Below are positions 10,784 through 19,269 of a stretch of 64,000 bases of DNA, in pieces. The position numbers were made by a program, and so were the translations under genes. Within the stretch, counting starts at the first letter, position 1. Every line of letters starts with the position of its first letter. The stretch comes from Gemmatimonadales bacterium. Lineage in GTDB: Bacteria; Gemmatimonadota; Gemmatimonadetes; Gemmatimonadales; GWC2-71-9. The stretch lies in the NCBI GenBank assembly GCA_041577295.1, contig JBFGJG010000005.1, positions 62,886 through 126,885 of the forward strand, given 5' to 3'. The notes beneath the pieces are model-generated. The model was not told where the DNA came from, did not search any database, and saw only the letters and a list, made by a program, of their open reading frames with translations.

Positions 10784-11071
10784 TTACGGATCTCCCGACT
10801 TGGGTACAGCGATGCGCACCATCTCACTGTCTCCAGGTAGGTGCAGCCCTAGCGACTCGGCACGCGGAACGAGCACCGGCCGACTCTCGCCCCGTCGTAT
10901 GCGCTGTTGCAGCTCGGCGGTGCGGCTCTCCAGCACGGCGCGTTGTTCGCGCAGGGCATTGAGTTCGCGCGCCGTCACGTGTGCTGACGTCTGCCGAGTG
11001 ACCACCCAGGCCAGCACTCCCAGAGCGAACCCCAACCATAATAGGGTCCAGAACCGGCCCTTACGCGCCAT
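10784..11071 (-). CDS. ftsL: cell division protein FtsL-like
   Basis: 95 aa from ATG 11071: TM, coiled coil and AESLGL; lies between rsmH and ftsI. Confidence 0.8.
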   Translation of the reverse strand: MARKGRFWTLLWLGFALGVLAWVVTRQTSAHVTARELNALREQRAVLESRTAELQQRIRRGESRPVLVPRAESLGLHLPGDSEMVRIAVPKSGDP

Positions 11072-11969
11072 CGGCCGTGCGAAAGATGCGGAGCTTCGCG
11101 CTGCGAGCGCGGGGATTGCGCTCGACCTCGTCGGCCGAGGGAGTGATTGGCGACCGCGGCTCGCGACGGCCAAGCGGTGCCCCGCGGCACGTGCAGATCG
11201 GTTGGCCCGGGGGACACACGCACGGGCGTTCCCATTCACGGAACGCGTGTTTCACGATTCGGTCTTCCCCACTGTGATACGTAATCACAGCAAGGCGACC
11301 CCCGGGAATCAAGGCCTCCCGCAAACGTGGCAGGGCTCGTTCGAGCTCTCCGAGCTCGTCGTTGACGGCGATTCGCACCGCCTGGAACAGCCGGGCGAAG
11401 TGACTCGGACCCGTCCGCGGTCCGAACGCGCTGCGGATGGCATTTACCAAGTCGTCACTTGTGCGGAACGGCGCGGTGCTTCGTCGCTCGACGATCTTGT
11501 TTGCGAGGCGCCGCGCCCGCGGCTCGTCGGCGTAGGTGCGAAAGATCTCGCCCAGGGCTGCCGCCGAGCGTGTGTTCAGGAGATCGGCGGCGGTGGGACC
11601 CGACGGGGTCATGCGCATGTCCAGCAGGACGTTCGGACGGAACGAGAACCCACGCGGATCGGTGTCGAGCTGGTCGCTCGAGATTCCGAGATCGAGGAGC
11701 ACGAAGTCGGGTTTGAATCGCGCGATGTCGGCGGTAACGGCGGGGTCTCCAAAGCGCCCCAACCGCCAGGTGATGCCCTCGTCCCCGAGACGCTCGCGGG
11801 CACGAGCCAACGCATCGGGATCGCGGTCCACGGCAAACACGTGGGCACCGGCAGCCCTGAGCCGTTCAGCGTGGCCGCCGCCTCCCACGGTACCGTCCAC
11901 GATCCGCTGAGCGCCGGCGGCATGGCGGGCTATCGTGTCGGCGAGGACCGGGATGTGGGCGGTGGGCAT
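11061..11969 (-). CDS. rsmH: 16S rRNA m4C1402 methyltransferase
   Basis: HIPVL, DGTVGGGGH, DLGISS, LDMRM, FQAVRIAVN, NPRARSAKLR; start ATG 11969. Confidence 0.96.
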   Translation of the reverse strand: MPTAHIPVLADTIARHAAGAQRIVDGTVGGGGHAERLRAAGAHVFAVDRDPDALARARERLGDEGITWRLGRFGDPAVTADIARFKPDFVLLDLGISSDQLDTDPRGFSFRPNVLLDMRMTPSGPTAADLLNTRSAAALGEIFRTYADEPRARRLANKIVERRSTAPFRTSDDLVNAIRSAFGPRTGPSHFARLFQAVRIAVNDELGELERALPRLREALIPGGRLAVITYHSGEDRIVKHAFREWERPCVCPPGQPICTCRGAPLGRREPRSPITPSADEVERNPRARSAKLRIFRTADGA

Positions 11970-12048
11970 CGCCGAGGCCTCCGATGCGGAACGGCCCCGC
12001 GTGCGGAGCAGGCGGGGCCGGAGCGAACGTTCGACTCGTGAAATCAAG

Positions 12049-12122
12049 CGGGGCTGACGGGACTTGAACCCGCGGCCTCCGGTGTGACAGACCGGCACTC
12101 TAACCAACTGAGCTACAGCCCC
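12049..12122 (-). tRNA. tRNA-Asp(GTC), CCA not encoded
   Basis: GGGGCTG acceptor stem, anticodon arm CCGGT-CT-GTC-AC-ACCGG, GGTTCAAGTCC T arm. Confidence 0.97.
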
Positions 12123-12167
12123 AAATAGAAAACGTGCAGCAGCGCAATGTAGATGCGCTGCTGCACG
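12123..12167 (-). terminator. intrinsic terminator after the TPR gene
   Basis: Perfect 14-bp stem CGTGCAGCAGCGCA, 7-nt loop, followed by TTTTCTATTT. Confidence 0.8.
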
Positions 12168-12174
12168 AATTCAA
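12146..12174 (-). promoter_or_regulatory. sigma70-type promoter for tRNA-Asp/dcw, embedded in the terminator
   Basis: TTGAAT-N17-TACATT. Confidence 0.6.
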
Positions 12175-12181
12175 GCTCGAC

Positions 12182-13930
12182 TCAGCGGCAGAACGCGGCT
12201 CGGAGCTGCCCGACGCGCTGTTCGAAGGCGCGGTACTGCTGGAGGAACTGCTGTGCCGACTGGGGTGACACCGAGGCACCGATTTCGAGTGCCCGCTTCC
12301 CCCGCGCGACCATCTCTGCCTCTTGCTGCACCAACTGGCACGATTTCGATTCGGTGACTCGCTGATCGAACTCGAAGACCTGGAACATCAACCCGAACCC
12401 AAGGAAGAAGTTCGCCTGCTCCGTGAGACGGCGCTGCACGTCGTTTTGGAGCGCCTTCTCAAGCCAGTCGATGGCGATTGGGAGGTGCATACGGTACTGC
12501 ACCATCTTGGTCGTGGGCTGGTAGTAGAGGACCGCCGCGTTCATGAGCACGGCGGTATCTCGACTCATGGCGGTCACGCGATCGAGGAAACGACCCGCTT
12601 TGAGCAATTGCGCCGTATCCAGCGGAACCAACGTGTCGATCGTGATGCCCTCGATGATGGCGCGTGCTGCCGCGAGGCGCGTGGGGACGTCGCTGGGCTC
12701 GAGTTCGAGGATGCGTTCGTACACACGCACGACCGAGTCCGTCATGCCGGCCTCGTTGAACGCGTTGGCACGCGCGCGCCACAACGTGACCGAACCGGGA
12801 GTGTGCTGCACGGCCTCGCCACTCCACCGCAGTAAGGCATCCGTATCGTTGATCTGTTGAGCCGCGCCAATCACCTTCAGGTAGAAGATCGAATCGCCCA
12901 CGAGCTCCGGATTGGTGTCGTACTGATCGCTGAGCGCATCGAGCGCGCAGACCCACAACTCCCCGTCCACACACGCGCGCACCTTGAGGTCGAGAAACTC
13001 CGCGTCGCCTGGGTTCTCGAGCAGCCATTCGTCGATGAGGCTGCGGGCTCTGGTGTACTCGCCAACCGTCATGTAGCCGGCCGCGATACCCAAGCGAAGC
13101 TGCCGGTCGCCCGGACGCGCGAGCAGTTGGCTCGCAAAGGCGTCCAGCGCCTTGAGCGAGTCGCCCTGCACTTGGTACAGGCGGCCGAGGCGTTCCCAGG
13201 CCCGCGTCAACAACGAGTCGCCCGTGGCGGCTCGTTGATACATCGCGATCTGGCTATCGGCTGGCGCATTCGTCGCTTCCATCACGACCGCAGCGCACAG
13301 CGCCGCCGACGGGTGGTTGGGATACATTCGGAAAGCCCGCTCCGCGCGATCTCTCGCGCCGCGGAAATCACCACGATCGCGCCGCTCGGTGCACTCCCGC
13401 GCTTCTTCGGCGGCATCGACGCGCGGGTCGAGCGAGTCGGCGGTGAGCTCCGCGAGCCGCTTGGGATCCGCCGCTGCCGGCGCCGGGACGGTGACCCATC
13501 CGGAGAGCCCGGAACGTCCAATATCAACCATCCGAAGACGGAGCACAGGGGCGTCGTTGCGGCGTAGCTCACCCTCCAGGTACGCATCCGCACGAAGCGC
13601 GCGAGCCAGACGCTCTGCATCGGCCGCACCGAGGATGGCGTTGGACTGGTATCCTGATTCCGCCAACATCTCGGCGATCTGCTCTGTCGAAATGATCGTG
13701 AGCTTGTTCCGGAACTTCCCCTCCATGCGGCGCCGTGCCTCGTGCGCATATTGCACGGCGAACGCCGAGTCACCGGGCGTCACTGGCTGGGGAATAAGGA
13801 ACAACACGCGCTCCGTTTGCCGCCGCTGCTGGCCAAACTGCGCTTGGGCAGGTTGGGGAATGACAGCGGTCATGACAACCGCCGCACCGACGGTCATCAG
13901 CAGCCGAGTTTTACAACGATTCAACGACAC
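12182..13930 (-). CDS. exported TPR-repeat protein
   Basis: GGAGG then GTG 13930; signal peptide ending AQA; helical TPR-like repeats (AWERLGRLYQVQGD). Confidence 0.75.
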   Translation of the reverse strand: MSLNRCKTRLLMTVGAAVVMTAVIPQPAQAQFGQQRRQTERVLFLIPQPVTPGDSAFAVQYAHEARRRMEGKFRNKLTIISTEQIAEMLAESGYQSNAILGAADAERLARALRADAYLEGELRRNDAPVLRLRMVDIGRSGLSGWVTVPAPAAADPKRLAELTADSLDPRVDAAEEARECTERRDRGDFRGARDRAERAFRMYPNHPSAALCAAVVMEATNAPADSQIAMYQRAATGDSLLTRAWERLGRLYQVQGDSLKALDAFASQLLARPGDRQLRLGIAAGYMTVGEYTRARSLIDEWLLENPGDAEFLDLKVRACVDGELWVCALDALSDQYDTNPELVGDSIFYLKVIGAAQQINDTDALLRWSGEAVQHTPGSVTLWRARANAFNEAGMTDSVVRVYERILELEPSDVPTRLAAARAIIEGITIDTLVPLDTAQLLKAGRFLDRVTAMSRDTAVLMNAAVLYYQPTTKMVQYRMHLPIAIDWLEKALQNDVQRRLTEQANFFLGFGLMFQVFEFDQRVTESKSCQLVQQEAEMVARGKRALEIGASVSPQSAQQFLQQYRAFEQRVGQLRAAFCR

Positions 13931-13986
13931 CACGACGCCTCCGAGTTGAGCTCTCGATGCCCGGACCGGGGATTCTGCTTCACACA

Positions 13987-14060
13987 TGGGCGAAGAGGGA
14001 TTCGAACCCCCGACTTCCTGCTTGTAAGGCAGGCGCTCTGGACCCCTGAGCTATTCGCCC
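13987..14060 (-). tRNA. tRNA-Val(TAC), CCA not encoded
   Basis: GGGCGAA/TTCGCCC acceptor stem, CCTGC-CT-TAC-AA-GCAGG anticodon arm, GGTTCGAATCC. Confidence 0.95.
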
Positions 14061-14069
14061 CAACCGCTT

Positions 14070-14258
14070 CTATACCGCGAGACCGAGCGGGAAGAGCACG
14101 CAATATCCGAGCACCAGCAAAATCGGCGCGAGCGTAGTCTCCCCTCTCGCAAGCAACAAATACCCGACCGCGAGAGACACAACCGCGCCGCCTAACAACA
14201 ACACATTGATGCTCCGAAACCGGAGCCGAGCAGCCGAAGCCGCTCTCTTACTAGACAT
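14070..14258 (-). CDS. small two-TM membrane protein (DUF3098-like)
   Basis: Two hydrophobic helices, TLAPILLVLGY; promoter directly upstream. Confidence 0.65.
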   Translation of the reverse strand: MSSKRAASAARLRFRSINVLLLGGAVVSLAVGYLLLARGETTLAPILLVLGYCVLFPLGLAV

Positions 14259-14266
14259 AGACACTC

Positions 14267-14295
14267 AGGCTAACTGCAGGTTCCACAAGCGTCAA
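14267..14295 (-). promoter_or_regulatory. sigma70-type promoter (small ORF, tRNA-Val, TPR gene)
   Basis: TTGACG-N17-TAGCCT, 8 nt before ATG 14258. Confidence 0.6.
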
Positions 14296-14300
14296 GAAGG

Positions 14301-15146
14301 TCAATCCCATGAGCCATCGGGAATCACCCAGCCTTCGTCCAACGCTGCCCGACGTTCCTTGTCGCGGTGTCTTCGCCAAATCCACAGCGCTACCAACATG
14401 AAGCCGGCCACGGCCCAAAACGCCGAGAAGGTCGTGATCATGAAGAGCCATCCGTAGCGTTCGCGGAGCTCGCGCCGCCATCGCTCTTCAAACTGGCCGA
14501 ACGTCACCTGATGCGTGGTGCGTAGCGCGCGGTCAAAATCCAATTCGGTCGCGAGTGTCCTGATGAACGGCTCGAGCCCGCGGTCCCCCCCGAAGCGCTC
14601 GAGGGAGAGGACGGCCGTCGCCGCGAGCGCGTAGGCGGTCTCCGCGCGGCTCGCCGTTTGGTCGCGCAGATAGGTATTGAGCTCGCGCAGCGTGGGCACG
14701 TTCCCACGTACCAACGCCCAGTTGACCCGAAGCGCGTCGAGGCGATCCCATTCACCGGCGGCGCGCACGGCGTAGCCTTCGTCAAACCATCGGGGAACGT
14801 GGGGAACTTTGGCGTGCAAGGCGAGATGGGCCAGCTCGTGACGGAGGGTGCGTCGAACATCCCCGACCAGTCGCAACACGATCATGTTGCGCGACGGGAT
14901 GGCTGCACCGACCCCCCACTCTGGCACTCGGCCGGCCAGGAGGGAGTCGAACCGGCGTGCATCGGACACCACGATGAGACGGATGCGGTGATCCGAAAGT
15001 GTCCCAATCCCAGGCCAGGGCCCGGCATCGTTGGCCAACTCGGCCAACGCGGCCGCGGCCTGCGCATCACCACTCCAGTACACTGCGGTCACATTGCCGA
15101 CATCGATCCAGGTTGGTCCCTGAATGAGCGACAGCACCGTTATCAT
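14301..15146 (-). CDS. peptidase MA-like zinc metalloprotease with C-terminal TM anchor
   Basis: HELAH (HExxH) plus PRWFDEG third ligand; TM followed by basic tail. Confidence 0.8.
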   Translation of the reverse strand: MITVLSLIQGPTWIDVGNVTAVYWSGDAQAAAALAELANDAGPWPGIGTLSDHRIRLIVVSDARRFDSLLAGRVPEWGVGAAIPSRNMIVLRLVGDVRRTLRHELAHLALHAKVPHVPRWFDEGYAVRAAGEWDRLDALRVNWALVRGNVPTLRELNTYLRDQTASRAETAYALAATAVLSLERFGGDRGLEPFIRTLATELDFDRALRTTHQVTFGQFEERWRRELRERYGWLFMITTFSAFWAVAGFMLVALWIWRRHRDKERRAALDEGWVIPDGSWD

Positions 15147-15154
15147 GAGGCTCG

Positions 15155-16021
15155 TCAGCGTGGTGGCGCCTGCCCCTCTCCCACCTGGTCGAGCATCTCA
15201 CGGCAACGTCGGCCCCAAGGGCTGTACTTGTTGGCCTTGTAGCCCTTGGTCCACGTCTCTTTGGCGGCGTCCTGATCACCACCGAACCAGTGAGCACGGC
15301 CTAACTCGTAATACGCCTCAATCAAATTCGGACCCAGGGCGATGGTCTTTTCGAAGAAGTTTCGCGCGTCCTCATACATCTCACGTTCGAGATACACCAA
15401 TCCGAGATAGTAGTGCGCGTACAGCGTTGCTTTCTTATCGTTGTCCAGCCGGATGGCCTTCGAGAGGTGCTCAATTGCCTCACCGAAGATCCGCTTCTTG
15501 AGACATATGTACCCGACGTTGATCCGCGCGAGCGAGTTCGCGGGCTCCGTCATCAGCACCTTTTGAAACGTCCCGAGTGCCTCATCGTAATCTTCGCTCA
15601 GCATCTGCGCCCACCCCAAGAGGGATTGCGCCTGCGTGTCGCCGGGCGCCAACTCCAGCGCCTTGGAGAGCCCCTGGATCGCGCCGGGATAGTCGCCCAG
15701 CGAAATCAAGTGCCAGCCCTTTTCGATGAACGTCGACGCGCCGAGATTGTCCACCCGCATCGCCGGCGCCGCACCGGTGAACTGCGGCGCGCGGTCGGTC
15801 GCGTCCTGGGCTTGGGCGATCTGCTTGTATTGGTCGACCAGCTTCCGAATGTCTTCCTTTAATTCGGTAAGATCCGTGATCCCCTGGTCAACGGTCTTGA
15901 ACAGTTTGATGATCTGCCGCTTCACAACCTCGCGGCGCTCGGCGGAGCCCCGGACTGTCTCCATCCGCGCGGTGATGTCCTCATATTCGCGGCGCAGTGC
16001 CTGCACGAGCGCTTCAGTCAT
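15155..16021 (-). CDS. coiled-coil plus TPR protein
   Basis: N-terminal heptad-like helix, then about 5 TPRs (AHYYLGLVY, AYYELGRA). Confidence 0.85.
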   Translation of the reverse strand: MTEALVQALRREYEDITARMETVRGSAERREVVKRQIIKLFKTVDQGITDLTELKEDIRKLVDQYKQIAQAQDATDRAPQFTGAAPAMRVDNLGASTFIEKGWHLISLGDYPGAIQGLSKALELAPGDTQAQSLLGWAQMLSEDYDEALGTFQKVLMTEPANSLARINVGYICLKKRIFGEAIEHLSKAIRLDNDKKATLYAHYYLGLVYLEREMYEDARNFFEKTIALGPNLIEAYYELGRAHWFGGDQDAAKETWTKGYKANKYSPWGRRCREMLDQVGEGQAPPR

Positions 16022-16490
16022 GTGCCGCCTCCACCGTCAGCGTCTCCAGCGCGAGCCGCTCGTCGGACGCGAGCAGCTTATGAGTTGCAAGTATCACGAG
16101 CGTTCGCTCCCCGACGGGCAGGATCCCCGTGATGTAGTCTGCCGCGAGCCCCCGCACCATCTGGGGAGGTGGCGTGATTCGATGAGCGGCCACCTTGAGC
16201 ACTTCAACCACGGCATCCACGACCACGCCAATCCGACCATCGCGTGACTCAACCATGATGATTCTCGTCTCGTCACGCACCGGCGCGTCGACCCCGACGC
16301 GTTTGCGGAGGTCGATCACCGGCACCACGGCATCGGCGTACTGCAACATCCCTTCGAGGAACGCCGGAGCCTTGGGCAGGGGCGCGGGCGGTTCATATCG
16401 CAAGATACGCTCGACGTCGAACACGTTGAACGCGAAATCGCGCCCGCCGAGCTGAAACCGCACGAGCTGGACTTCGTCGCCGGCGCTCAT
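16014..16490 (-). CDS. cheW: chemotaxis adaptor CheW
   Basis: LVRFQLG, LPKAPAFLEGM, VVPVIDLR, GVVVDAV; start ATG 16490. Confidence 0.92.
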   Translation of the reverse strand: MSAGDEVQLVRFQLGGRDFAFNVFDVERILRYEPPAPLPKAPAFLEGMLQYADAVVPVIDLRKRVGVDAPVRDETRIIMVESRDGRIGVVVDAVVEVLKVAAHRITPPPQMVRGLAADYITGILPVGERTLVILATHKLLASDERLALETLTVEAAHD

Positions 16491-16912
16491 GCGTACTGCC
16501 GCGCCGTCGACGCATGCAACCGCTCGGCAAGCGCACTCACGTCCAGGATGGGCACTAACCGGTGGCCGGGGGCCACACCGGATGCCCAGGGTATTCGCCA
16601 CCCTTCGGGAACTGGGAGGGGGTCTTCAGGAATCACGGAGTCCACGTCATCCACTTCGAACACCACCGACGCATCGCCACACGTGACAATCACGCCCGTC
16701 GAGCGCACCGGCTGCGGTGGCGTCGTCATGGTCAGCAGCGCCACCAGGTGCACCACGGGGAGCGTGCGCCCGCTCGCAACCGTCACGCCGCGGACCGCTG
16801 CGACCACGCCGGGCGCCGGCTGCACAGAGACCAGCTCCATCACCTGCTCCACGTCGCCGACGCGAAAGCCGTAACGCGACCCCTCCGCTTGCACCTGCAG
16901 GTAACCCTTCAT
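16487..16912 (-). CDS. cheW: divergent CheW-like protein
   Basis: [30 protein letters not shown]; start ATG 16912 overlaps the cheB stop. Confidence 0.78.
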   Translation of the reverse strand: MKGYLQVQAEGSRYGFRVGDVEQVMELVSVQPAPGVVAAVRGVTVASGRTLPVVHLVALLTMTTPPQPVRSTGVIVTCGDASVVFEVDDVDSVIPEDPLPVPEGWRIPWASGVAPGHRLVPILDVSALAERLHASTARQYA

Positions 16913-17988
16913 GCCGTTCGCCACGAGCGCAGTTCGCCATCGATCCGCCGGGCGATCTCGGGAAGCGGCACCGCCTCCGTCGCCGCACCGCTGACCAGCG
17001 CGGCGTGGGGCATGCCGTAGATCACGGCAGTGTGGCGATCCTGCGCGAGCGTGCGACCTCCCGCACGACGGATGGCCTGTAACCCTTCCGTGCCGTCGCG
17101 ACCCATGCCTGTCAACACCACACCCACGGTGCGCGCACCAAAACACGCCGCCGCCGAGCGAAAGAGCGGATCGGCTGCTGGCCGGACGCCCCATACCGGT
17201 GGTTCGCGGTCAAGGCGAATCCACGGTCCGTCATCGTGCATCACAACTCGCATATGATAATCGCCCGGGGCGACATACGCCGTGTCGGCCAACACGGGCA
17301 CACCATCGTCGGCTTCGACCACATGAAAGTGGCTCGCGGCATCCAGACGTTGCGCGAGACTCCTGGTGAACTTGGGCGGCATGTGCTGGACGATGAGCAG
17401 GGCCGCGTCCCGACCCGTGGGGAGGCCCGGTACGATCTCCGCGAGTGCGCGGGGCCCGCCCGTGCTGGCGGCGATGACCACAGCGCATGCGGCGCGGCCG
17501 GGGATCGTGGAAGGCCGTGGTCGCGGGGGATGCCGAGGAACCCGCGCGAGCACCGGAACCCGTCCGATGTCGGCGGTGACCGCCGCGTCCAGCGCCGCTA
17601 TCAACGCCTCACCCAAGGAACGCAGCGCATCCGCGTCGCGGACCGTTGGCTTCGCCACGACCTCGACCGCGCCGAGCTCGAGCGCGCGTATGGCTGCTTC
17701 GGTCCCGGGGCCCGCATGGGCGCTGACCACGACCACGGGACGTGGCACCTCGCTCATGATGTACCCAATCGCTGTCAGCCCGTCGATTTCCGGCATCTCG
17801 ATGTCCATCGTCACGAGGTCGGGGCCGAGGCGATGCGTCTTCTCCAGCGCATCGTGTCCGTGTCTTGCCGTCCCCACCACGCGGTAGCGTCCCGATTGTG
17901 TGATCAGGTCGGACAACACGCGCCGCATGAATGCGCTGTCGTCCGCCACGAGCACGGTGGCGGGCCGCTCAGAGGTCGGTGGGTTCAT
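16909..17988 (-). CDS. cheB: REC-methylesterase CheB
   Basis: [14 protein letters not shown] receiver; ASTGG, QHMP, TGMGRDG triad; start ATG 17988. Confidence 0.95.
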   Translation of the reverse strand: MNPPTSERPATVLVADDSAFMRRVLSDLITQSGRYRVVGTARHGHDALEKTHRLGPDLVTMDIEMPEIDGLTAIGYIMSEVPRPVVVVSAHAGPGTEAAIRALELGAVEVVAKPTVRDADALRSLGEALIAALDAAVTADIGRVPVLARVPRHPPRPRPSTIPGRAACAVVIAASTGGPRALAEIVPGLPTGRDAALLIVQHMPPKFTRSLAQRLDAASHFHVVEADDGVPVLADTAYVAPGDYHMRVVMHDDGPWIRLDREPPVWGVRPAADPLFRSAAACFGARTVGVVLTGMGRDGTEGLQAIRRAGGRTLAQDRHTAVIYGMPHAALVSGAATEAVPLPEIARRIDGELRSWRTA

Positions 17989-18463
17989 GGCCCACCGAGC
18001 GCAGCGTGACCCGCCCGTCAGCCACGTCGAACCACACCGATCGTCCCGACTGCCCTCCCACCGCCTCGGCGACGACGGGGATCCCGGCCGTGCGCAGCCC
18101 CATACGACAGGCGACGATGTTGCGTTCGCCGATGTGGATGGTCCCGGTGGGGAGGAGGTCGCCGAACATGCTCGCGCCACCGACCAGCCGTGCGGTGACG
18201 CGGGACAGGTCGGCACCACACGTTTGCATCTCGCGCACGGTGTGCGGAATAGCCGTATCCGCGGTTCGCGCGGGGTGGTCGCGGTCGCGTGACAGGGACT
18301 TCGATGGCAGCATAACGTGTGCGAGCGCGCCGACCCGGGCGTCGGGATCGTACATCACGACCGCAACGCAGCTGCCCAGTCCGAGAGCGGCCAGCGTCCC
18401 CTCGCCGCAGGCCACTGCCAGCTCTCCCATCCGCACGAGTGTGTGCTGGATAGGAAACGTCAC
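17969..18463 (-). CDS. cheD: chemoreceptor deamidase CheD
   Basis: LGSCV, AHVMLP, GGASMF, IGERN, GGQSGR. Confidence 0.93.
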   Translation of the reverse strand: MTFPIQHTLVRMGELAVACGEGTLAALGLGSCVAVVMYDPDARVGALAHVMLPSKSLSRDRDHPARTADTAIPHTVREMQTCGADLSRVTARLVGGASMFGDLLPTGTIHIGERNIVACRMGLRTAGIPVVAEAVGGQSGRSVWFDVADGRVTLRSVGHEPTDL

Positions 18464-19269
18464 GGGCGCCGGTAGATGCGCTCGCGGGGATTCTCCAGAA
18501 TGAGCCGCTCGCGGGCGCTACCAAACAGGATTTCCACTTTACCGAGTATCAGCACGCCACCTGGCCGCAACGCGTCGATGAAGCGCCCGAAGATATGGTC
18601 CTGACTGGCCCGGTCGAAATAAATGACGACGTTGCGACAGAGGATCAGATCGTAGGGAGGTTGGGGGGGCGGATCGCGGAGTATGTCGTGCTGTCGGAAC
18701 TCCACCAGCGAACGAACCGCGGGCACGACCTGGAAATGGTCGCTAGCCACGAAGTACCGTTGTACGAGCGCGGTCGGCGCCTCGTCTAGGGTGGCAGCGG
18801 AGAAGATGCCCTCACGAGCGCGGGCGAGGCTGACGCGATCGAGATCGGTGGCATCGATGCGCGCCGGCGACTTGTGCGCGCGATCCGTCCCGGCTCGCTC
18901 GAGCACGAGCATCGCCAAGGTGTAAGGTTCTTCGCCGGACGCGCAGCCAGCGGACCAGCACCGGAGGACCTCACCGTTGGCTAACAAGCGAGGAAGAACA
19001 TCCCGATCGATCGCCTCCCAGGTCTCCCGATTACGAAAGAACTTGCTCACGTTGATAGTGAGCGCGTCGAGAAGGCGTTCGTACTCGTCGCGGTCACTAT
19101 CGAGCACGGCGGCGTATTGCACATAGTCCGCAACACCACAGGCTCGCATGCGCACCGCGATGCGGCGCCGTAGCACGCTCTCCTTGTACGCCTCGCAGGA
19201 GAACCCACGCTCTTGGGCGATCTTGGCGGCGAGAGCTGCCAGCGCGGGGTCTCGTTCAGCCGCTTTCAC
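18460..19269 (-). CDS. cheR: chemotaxis methyltransferase CheR
   Basis: INVSKFFRN, WSAGCASGEEPY, CRNVVIYF. Confidence 0.95.
   Translation of the reverse strand: MKAAERDPALAALAAKIAQERGFSCEAYKESVLRRRIAVRMRACGVADYVQYAAVLDSDRDEYERLLDALTINVSKFFRNRETWEAIDRDVLPRLLANGEVLRCWSAGCASGEEPYTLAMLVLERAGTDRAHKSPARIDATDLDRVSLARAREGIFSAATLDEAPTALVQRYFVASDHFQVVPAVRSLVEFRQHDILRDPPPQPPYDLILCRNVVIYFDRASQDHIFGRFIDALRPGGVLILGKVEILFGSARERLILENPRERIYRRP

Noticed and set aside
10380..12041. 553-aa plus-strand ORF, and similar long antisense ORFs (24043-25644, 27616-28770, 35115-37934, 53255-54550, 57848-59035)
   Set aside because: They are shadows of well-supported genes on the opposite strand in GC-rich DNA and have no recognisable motifs
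12049..14060. tRNA-flanked genomic island
   Set aside because: The two tRNAs are different and complete; no integrase, att duplication or compositional shift
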